Source: Octopus vulgaris (Eukaryota). From it: a stretch of 64,000 nt of DNA. The notes beneath the pieces were generated by a model, which was not told the DNA's origin, searched no databases, and was given only the letters and a program-made list of their open reading frames with translations. The stretch's first letter is position 1, and the number at the start of each line of letters is the position of its first letter. The stretch spans positions 156,240,001 to 156,304,000 of the forward strand of contig OX597814.1 of NCBI GenBank assembly GCA_951406725.2. Reading direction: 5' to 3'. The position numbers and the translations under genes are program-made. Shown in pieces: positions 55,920-64,000 of this stretch.

Positions 55920-56275
55920 ATGGCACCTATAAACTGCAGAGTGTGGAAAAGTCGGAGACTAGTAAATTCCTTTGAAATTTCCCAATCCAAACAGATCAGG
56001 TGCTAGAACATAACAAACTGGACCTAGTGGTGGTGGACAATGTTCATAATAAATGCTATATAGTTAGCGCAAATGGTCAAGAAGGAATGCGAAAAGATAA
56101 ATAAATACAACCCTCTTAAGTACTAAATAGCCCGGCTGAAAATAGTGCCAATTATTGTTGGGTCCTTGAAAACAGTATCAGAAGGCATCAATAGAAATAT
56201 AAAGGAAATTGGAATAGAGTTCCCTGTAGAACTGTTACAAAAAGTTTGCTTCCTTGCCACAGCCAACGAATAACA
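55920..56275 (+). pseudogene. Decayed non-LTR retrotransposon REL endonuclease fragment
   Basis: *NFPIQTDQVLEHNKLDLVVVD...CYIV, EKINKY..L, IVPIIVGSL and LLQKVCFLATA correspond to the WD.PIQTD..HN.PD / EK..KY / VP..IGAL / LQK..LLGTA motifs of REL-bearing elements. Confidence 0.7.
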
Positions 56276-56389
56276 TGGTACCACAGGCAGCAGATAGTAA
56301 TCCCGCTACGCGTGCAAGGCCCCAGGCGCTCCAACCAAACCTGTGATAAAGAGAAAATTATAGATCTAAAAATAGACACAGGAAAATAA

Positions 56390-57300
56390 GTTGTTTGCCC
56401 CACTTCTTTTCTCTTATTGTAAAAACTAACATAAGTAATTGATTCTCTCTTGGACAAACATTTTCCAGAAAATCACAGTTATAGGAAAATGTTTAATAGA
56501 TGCTGATATAGCTAGTGTCTCAATATGAAAAGCATCATTTCACGAGAACGACACCAATAGCCCACTCACAGTTATATCTATTGAGACTCAGGAATCTATC
56601 CACTAGACCAGGGAAGCATGATTAAATCCAGCATATATGACGCAGAGGTTACATCAACGCTAGATGATAACACAACCGATAAGAAGAGCTATATCGGACT
56701 ATGCGAAGGTGAATTCAAAAATCGCTATGCTAATTACATATTCTTCTTCCAACACAAGGACAAATGTAAAGCTAAGTTGGGTAGGTACGTATGGGGTTTG
56801 AAGTCGAACGCCACACTACATATGATAAAGTGGGAAATAGTCGAAAATTCTACACCATATGATAACAGATCAAAGGCATGTAAGCTAGGCGTAACTGAAA
56901 GAACTCAGATTCCTTTCAGATCTAACAACTCTAACAAAATACTGACTTCTAGATCCGAAATTTTCAGCGGTTGTAAGCATATGTCTAAGTTCCTGTTGAC
57001 GAATTGGAAAGTGCTACCCTCTACAAACTGAACTGCTGTACCACAAACTCTAAGCCACTAATTTTTCAACTTTATTTTACTGTCAAAGGCGAAATAACTC
57101 TAATCTGCTTCTTTCTGTTTTCTTTGTTGTTTTCCGTTTTTGCAACCTTTTACCTTTTTTATCTACTTCTTTCGCGCCTTTTCTCGCCTTATCTCTCATC
57201 CTGTCGTCCCATTTTTAGTTTGTTATGCAATGTGGTCCGTGCCTGAAGTATGTGCTGAGACAACAGACCTGTTAAAAAATACTTGTCTGTCATGCTTTCA
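56390..57300 (+). pseudogene. Decayed Penelope-like GIY-YIG endonuclease fragment (different lineage)
   Basis: ORF 56618-57031: SIYDAEV...SYIGLCEGEFKNRYAN...YVWGLK...IKWEIV...PY....ACKL..TE...SRSEIFSGCKH..KFLL, a typical Penelope-type GIY-YIG C-terminus; outer boundaries approximate. Confidence 0.75.
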
Positions 57301-59415
57301 TCACATGAATCTAATAGTAGCACATAAAAAACATATAATGTGCTTATTAAATAATATATATTGAGAGAGGGAGACAGAGAGAGGATTGAGAAGTGAGGAA
57401 TGAAACAAAAGACAGAAGACACAGTATTTAAAAATAGTCTGAAATATTTTTTATAATTATAACATGGACAATCATTCAAAGATTCTTATCTCTAAAATTC
57501 ATATTAAGTATGGCGAAAATGTTTATAAAATCATTTCAATTTACCTTTTGTCTTAACAAGAGTAAATAATATTTAATACATTTATTTAGTTATAGTTTAT
57601 CTGAAACTTTGGATATTGTTTTGGCTGATCTTTACGATAATTATTTGTGTGTTGTGTTCTTGAATATATGTATAGAAGTTTGTGTGTGTGAGAGAGGGAT
57701 AGAGAGAAAGATAAATAAATAGAGGGAGAAAGAGAGAGAGCGAGAGAGAGAGAGAGAGAGAGAGAGAGTATGTGCATGTATTTGTGTGTATTTGTGTTTA
57801 TTTTTGCATGTATATGTATATTGCAATTGGTGAAGTATTTCTTCGTGGGTTTCAGACTCCTAACGACTTAATCACTGTTTCGATATATTAATTATAGTGG
57901 AAGTCTCAAGAAAGTGTATGTAATATAGTTCCGAACAAGCATCGCAAGGGAGTTTGTTAGAAATACATAAGTTTTTCGATTTGCTTGTCAATGTTTGTTC
58001 TTTCTGATGTATTTTGTCGAAGAACACCGACGTGCATACGCTCAAAATTACAACACTTCAAACACACATCCTTATATATACATCAATGGAGCCCTTTAAC
58101 TCCCAAAGTGCATGAGAAAATGTCATTTACGTCACACTATATATAGCTGTCAGCAGCTGCCCCAAAATATACCTTCTATTGTGACAGGATGTTTATGCTA
58201 AAACAATATGCAATGCAATATTTAGGGAAATCTACTTTGATATAGTTATAGGCAGTATCTCCTAGTATTTGATACGCTCAAGAAGTATCAATACTTATAC
58301 CAAATGCAAAATATGACACGCCCGATATAGCTCTTTGAGAAGGAAAGTAAAAGTCATACATAAGCATAGAGATCAGTTGTCCTGCAGCTATAAACACCTC
58401 TAAAAAGCAGTGAAAAGGAAAATATTTATAAACGACTGCTTGGGAATCTACTTATTTGCGTATCGTTTCTGTTATTCAAATCCCAGGAGTACAAATGTGT
58501 GTCTTTATTGGAAACCAGCTCTTTTCTAGGCAGAAGAATACATATAATTTAAAACAGAAACTGAAAGAAGCATAAATACATGCATAAACAAAGGGGCTCT
58601 GCAGAGTTTACCAAATTCTACTCGCAGACCTCTCATCTTGAGCTTATAATAGGAGATAACTCAGTATTTTTGCTTTCGTATTTCTATTGAGTTTTTAACG
58701 TAGACAGTACCATAACTATCAGAAATATTATTGTTCCAATACATAGATATTACGTTTCATGTCATCCATCCGAATACTGACTTTATGCTGAAAGAATCTG
58801 AAATTCAACATGATACCAAGCAAAATGTGTCGGTATTCATTTTAATAACTATATTTCTAAAAATTATAAAGAATGCCGCCTGTGTGAGTTTCGTGATATA
58901 ACATAGAAATAACTAAGTTTGAAGAAAGAAGATTGGAATTCTTTAATTACAAATTTGTATTCCTTGACTAGGTATAATCTTCACATGACAGCAATAGTTG
59001 TGGACTGATACAATGTTTACCTCTCTCGGTACAGGTGTAATTTCGATTAATTAAAGTCTTCGTGCTCGCTATAAAGAGTATGTTACAACAACTTCATTAT
59101 AACATTTAGCGGTTTAGACATCTTCTTACATATATAAAGTGTTCACGACGCTTTTACAATTGAAGCAAGGCAGGATAGTAACAATCTATGAGATAGTTAT
59201 CAAGAATTTATATCAATAAAATGGCAGTGTCTTGTCAAACAATCGTACAAATCTCATTTATATCAAGCCAATTTCGATGATATATAATATTATTAGCTAG
59301 TGTCACGAAATGCTTCATAAATATAATTTACCATAAAACATTGTACAAAAGCGAACTGATAAATGATATTATCTAAAAGAATATATTCGTAATTCTGTTC
59401 ATATTTTGTGTTTGG

Positions 59416-59464
<49 letters not shown>

Positions 59465-59589
59465 TTTATATATATGCTTGTATATGTGTGTTGGTAGACC
59501 AAAATTCATCAATTTTTTGTAGCATTGAAATTTTTGTTTCTATCTATAAAGAGGTGTTTCAATGTGACAATATATCGCATTGCAATATG

Positions 59590-59786
59590 TTGGTGAGCCA
59601 GTACAATCACTGGCTCGCCAAGCAAAACTCTTAGCGACATTTCGTCCGTCTTTACCTTGAGAGGTTAGCTTTGCCTTTCATTCTCTGGGGATCGATTAAA
59701 TAAGTACTAGTTGAGCACTGATGTCGATGTAATCGACTACCACCGCCCCTGAAATTGCTATCCTTGTGCCAAAATTGGAAACCAAT
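59590..59786 (+). mobile_element. SINE family A, degenerate
   Basis: ctttgcctttcat...tcgattaaataagtac...tgtgccaaaatt.gaaacc. Confidence 0.65.
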
Positions 59787-60499
59787 ATACCACATAGCAA
59801 TGGAACAATGAACGCTGTTGGACAGAAATAACTTTAGGATGTCTCATAATGGTATTATTTTAAAATGACCTGATCTTCTCAAAAGTCTTAAAGGCTCCCT
59901 GATTTAATTGGAAAAGGGCCAGGATGTATGGTGTTCTTATAAAGACATCAGCAAATGTACGGAAAAAGAATTATCTTCAGTTGCGAAGTCTCAACCTTTG
60001 TTTGAAGTTGCATTACACGAAATACGTTGCTGCCTTACGAACAATCTTAACATCACAAAATCACATTTCCCTCTGTCATAACAACCTTGAAATCAGAAAG
60101 AGATTTGATTAGATATATTTGTTTTAAAAATAACGAAAGTCCATAACTGGCACATTTTAACTTATCTTATATATTAAAACTTATTAATATACTGAGTTAA
60201 TTCAATTAACTACATTTATAATTTAAAATAAAAATTTCTTATACTTTTCAAGAGTATCCATTATTGGTGTGGTTGTTAAGACACAATCTGGCAAAATCGT
60301 TAGCACGCCGAATAATTATTCTTTCCAACTATAGGTACTAAAGTTGATATAATCAACTATCTGCCTCCCTCAAAATTTCAGGGTTTGCGCCAATAGTAGA
60401 AAGAATTATTATTTTGTTATTGCCTTTTAACCCCAGCTCAGTTCGGCGTGACCATTTTATATTTCTATATATCCCGGCTTGCATTGCTCTATATAACAT

Positions 60500-60892
60500 T
60501 TTTTACTCTTTACTCTTTTACTTGTTTCAGTCATTTGACTGCGGCCATGCTTGAGCACCGTCTTTAGTCGAGCAAATCGACCCCAGGATTTATTCTTTGT
60601 AGTACTTATTCTATCAGTCTCTTTTGCCGAACCACTAAGTTATGGTGACGTAAATACACCAGCATCAGTTGTCAAGCGATGTTGGGGTGACAAACACAGA
60701 CACACAAACATATACACACACATATATACGACGGGCTTCTTTCAGTTTCCGTCTACCAAATCCACTCACAAGTCTTTAGTCGACCCGAGGCTATAGTAGA
60801 AGACACTAGCCCAAAGTGCCACGCAGTGGGACTGAACCCGGAACCATGTGGTTGGTAAACAAGCTACTTACCACACAGCCACTCCTATGCCT
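60500..60892 (-). mobile_element. SINE family B, full length
   Basis: (ttttactc)n tail through to the head ...ccacacagccactcct. Confidence 0.88.
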
Positions 60893-62040
60893 ATAACATT
60901 ACGCTCCATATAACATTTTTTTAAAAGAGTGAGTTGTGATCGAAGTAAGACTTATCTGTTAGCTCTAACACGGTAATCAACCGAATAGAGGCTACACCAT
61001 TGACTCATGAAGCCATCACTGTTGCTGTTTAGCTGCAAGTCAATACTGATCGAAAAAAAAACTATGGTTAAAAAGTTTCTAGAAATGTCAGTTTTGTTCT
61101 TATTTTCATACATAGATTACTTTAGTCCACAAGTCCTTCTTTCTTAAAAAGGTAGGGTGTGATTTGAGGAAGATTTGCTTACCATTTCTAAGCAAGTCGA
61201 ATGACTATACAGAAGCTCCCGTGTTTGTTCTTGAAATTATTGATAATCTAAAAATATATAAAAGTTATAGACTATTAAAAAAGAGTAATTGGTAAGAAAC
61301 CGGTAGGAATATGAATCACAAAACGCTTCTATCACTTATCAGTAAGTAGAAAATAGAGTGAGTTTGTCATGCAGTACAACACAGAAACAGAAAGCTGCAT
61401 ATCTTGCTATGCACCTACAGTTTCCCTATACTGTGACTGTTAAGATTCCGCCAAGTCGAATGTGCACCAGGATTTTGATTACTAGCACACACCCTCTTCC
61501 GTTGTTAGTAAACCTTTAGTTCATTCTAAGTTACACCATCACATGTCTCTTTCTGCAGCTTTCTGTTTCCGTCTTTCTCGGTTATCAGCAAATTTGAAAT
61601 TTTCCCCCATCCTGCTCCATACCCATTCTAATTGCTGTTGAGCTAACCCCTTTATGGTCTTCCTGTAATTCTTTGTTGAAGTGACTTTCCGTTCTTGATT
61701 ATATTCACTAGATTTATGATGCAACAGTGTTGTATTGCATGATCAACTCAATCTATTTTCTACTTACTGATAAGTGATAGAAGCATTTTGTGGTTCATAT
61801 TCCTACCAGTTTGTTCGTTTGTATGTTTACAACTGAAGTGACACTTATTAATGTAAGTCACGCACTCATTGATTTAAGTAATTATCTTTTTGCAACCATT
61901 TCAGTTTATTTTAACTGTTTATATTTATGTAAAATATACAAGCATCTCAGCTACAAATACCTGACCTTGAGAGAAATATAGAATCAATATTTTGAACATT
62001 GTGTAATTTTAACGTTTTATTTCTTTCTTTATATTTCCAG

Positions 62041-62475
62041 CTGGTTCGGAACAAATCAGTACCAAGCATTCAGGAGGAAGGCCGTGGAACGCTTAATTTT
62101 AGCATTCATTATAACAAAGACAAGTCTTTGTTGACTGTTAAGATTATCCAGGCACGGGATTTGGTTCCTTGTGAAAATAATGGTACAGTTGACCCTTTCT
62201 GTAAAGTATCCATCTTGCCGAAACGCTGGAATCAGTTAAACGGTAAAGTGTTGAAAAGTACATTAAATCCCAAATTCGAGGAAGAATTTGTGTTTGAAAT
62301 GCCGGCCGGAGACCTGAGGACGTCTACTTTGGAAATACTTTTAGTGCATCATGATAAATTTTCACGGGGAAACAGTATTGGCAAAGTACAGATGGCGTTG
62401 TGCGATGTTGATTTATCGGATAAAGTGATCATTTGGAAAAATATCATGAAAATAACCTCAGAAGATAAAGATCGG
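62041..62475 (+). CDS. Internal coding exon of a synaptotagmin-like gene (C2A domain)
   Basis: Polypyrimidine tract + CAG acceptor ending at 62040 and GTGAAT donor at 62476; 435 nt = 145 codons, open. Translation GRGTLNFSIHYNKDKSLLTVKIIQARDLVP...DPFCKVSILPKR...KSTLNPKFEEEFVF...LEILLVHHDKFSR..IGKV matches the synaptotagmin C2A pattern. No other exons were identified in the window. Confidence 0.88.
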
Positions 62476-64000
62476 GTGAATATCACATATATTACCATTT
62501 ATTTTCTGTATATGTGTATGCATGTATATGTGTGTATGCATGCATTCATTTCTGTTTATCTCATGAAAAGCTATATGCATAAATTATCATCTTTTGTTAC
62601 ATGTTCAGCTCTATATCTCAGTAGTAAAGGATATATCTATGATGATCATCGCTTTCTTAATATTATCGGTGAAAAAATGTTATTTCTGCTGAGAAGCAAA
62701 GCTGATTTGACGTCACATGTCGCTAAGCACATCAATCTTTTTTTTACCGCATAGTGCGTACTAGCTTTGTTCACGATAATTTATATTTAATTCATTCACT
62801 GTAAATTATAATTTTATCGATTTTGTTTTTAACTCATATTAAATTTAACTCTGATGATATACCCTTGTGGTAACATGATCGAGAAAGTTATTTGTTCACA
62901 ATATAAATTTTACCAATTACGTCAGAAATAATTTTCAGGGCAGCAGGATTTACAGAAATCTCGTCTCCTATAATTATTAACTGTTGTCTAATGCCTAAGC
63001 CTGGATTAATTCCTTCGTCGAACATCAATGAAACTGCAACGAATTTGAATTGCTGAATAAGCAAGCCAGTGACTGGCTTAAGTTTTGCTATAAGGATTTC
63101 TTGCATTGTTATACAAACAGGCAACGGATATAGCTGATTTAGTGTATGATTGATATTAATTCTTTGGACTCCAGAGCACTCAAAGTTGACTCCTATAGTG
63201 TTTGAAGTCAGCACATACAACTAAACAAAATATCACACAGCAATTACATTGGGACGCTAATATTTCTTCTAAACCAATGCCTTTGGTCTGTTTGGTGATA
63301 TTGGAACGTTCATTACATTTTCTTGTGAATTGTCAGCTTAAGCGTAACATGAAATGAATTCAATTGCAGTTTAAACTCGTGCAAATTAGTTTACTTTTAC
63401 TGCATGGAGATAATGGGCAGTGGATTGGAAAAATAAGAAGAGTTACAGATTAAATGCCTTGTCTTATTTGCTAACATTTCTTTGCTTTCTTAGTTCAAGT
63501 CCCTACAGTGTCATATTTTCCCCCTCCTGGTTTCGATAAAATAGGTTTCAGACATGTACAAGACGCAATAAACTAGATTATATTTCTCACCGTCCCAGAG
63601 ACCTATGTTCAAGGTCCTCTATAATAATACATTTATAATTCAATCCAGTCCGTTTGTTTTTGGATAAACTACCCATCGATAGCTTAATATACCTATTCGT
63701 GGAGTAAGATACTGAAAGACAAAAATTCATTTCAAAATAGTAAAACATTGTTAGTATTTGTCATGACACATATCATCAAAATTGCTCGAACTCAGCAAAG
63801 CGAGTTTAATAAAACAGCTACGTAGTAGTTTAACTCCAAGTCAAATTTGATAGTGCAGACCTACGTTCAAAAGTATTTCATCTATGAACATCCTGTATCG
63901 TTGAGGTTATGTACGACTAAGTTATATAATGTTTTCTGTCATTATCTAAGATAATATGGTCAGATTTGAGGATGTGGTGCGTATCGCAGTGAAATATATT

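Noticed and set aside
62888-63220. 110-aa minus-strand ORF, or a possible next (C2B) exon on the plus strand
   Set aside because: No recognisable domain. Plus-strand frames after the CAG at 62938 close quickly and lack C2B motifs.

Overview
AT-rich, microsatellite-saturated eukaryotic genomic DNA. The SINE and microsatellite content strongly suggests an octopus/coleoid cephalopod (inferred from repeat content only). One host coding exon is clearly recognisable: a 435-bp phase-0/0 exon (62041-62475, +) encoding a synaptotagmin-type C2A domain with a degenerate Ca2+-binding site. The rest is intronic/intergenic and dominated by mobile DNA. It includes a young Penelope-like (Neptune-type; RT + Cys-linker + GIY-YIG) retroelement arranged as a ~3.2-kb inverted duplication inside a (TA)n tract, several older Penelope fragments, two decayed REL-endonuclease non-LTR fragments, a decayed DD37D Tc1/mariner, three MITEs, about 20 tRNA-derived SINE copies and a tRNA-Phe pseudogene. 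The most interesting signal is a set of at least seven minimal hammerhead-ribozyme-like motifs with four different catalytic-core variants (TTGAAAA, CTGATGA, CCGACGA, CTGTAGA). They lie in the Penelope 3' ends and in short (TA)n-anchored elements, and one pair sits in tandem 224 nt apart like a retrozyme. Nearly all ORFs in the supplied track are microsatellite artefacts.
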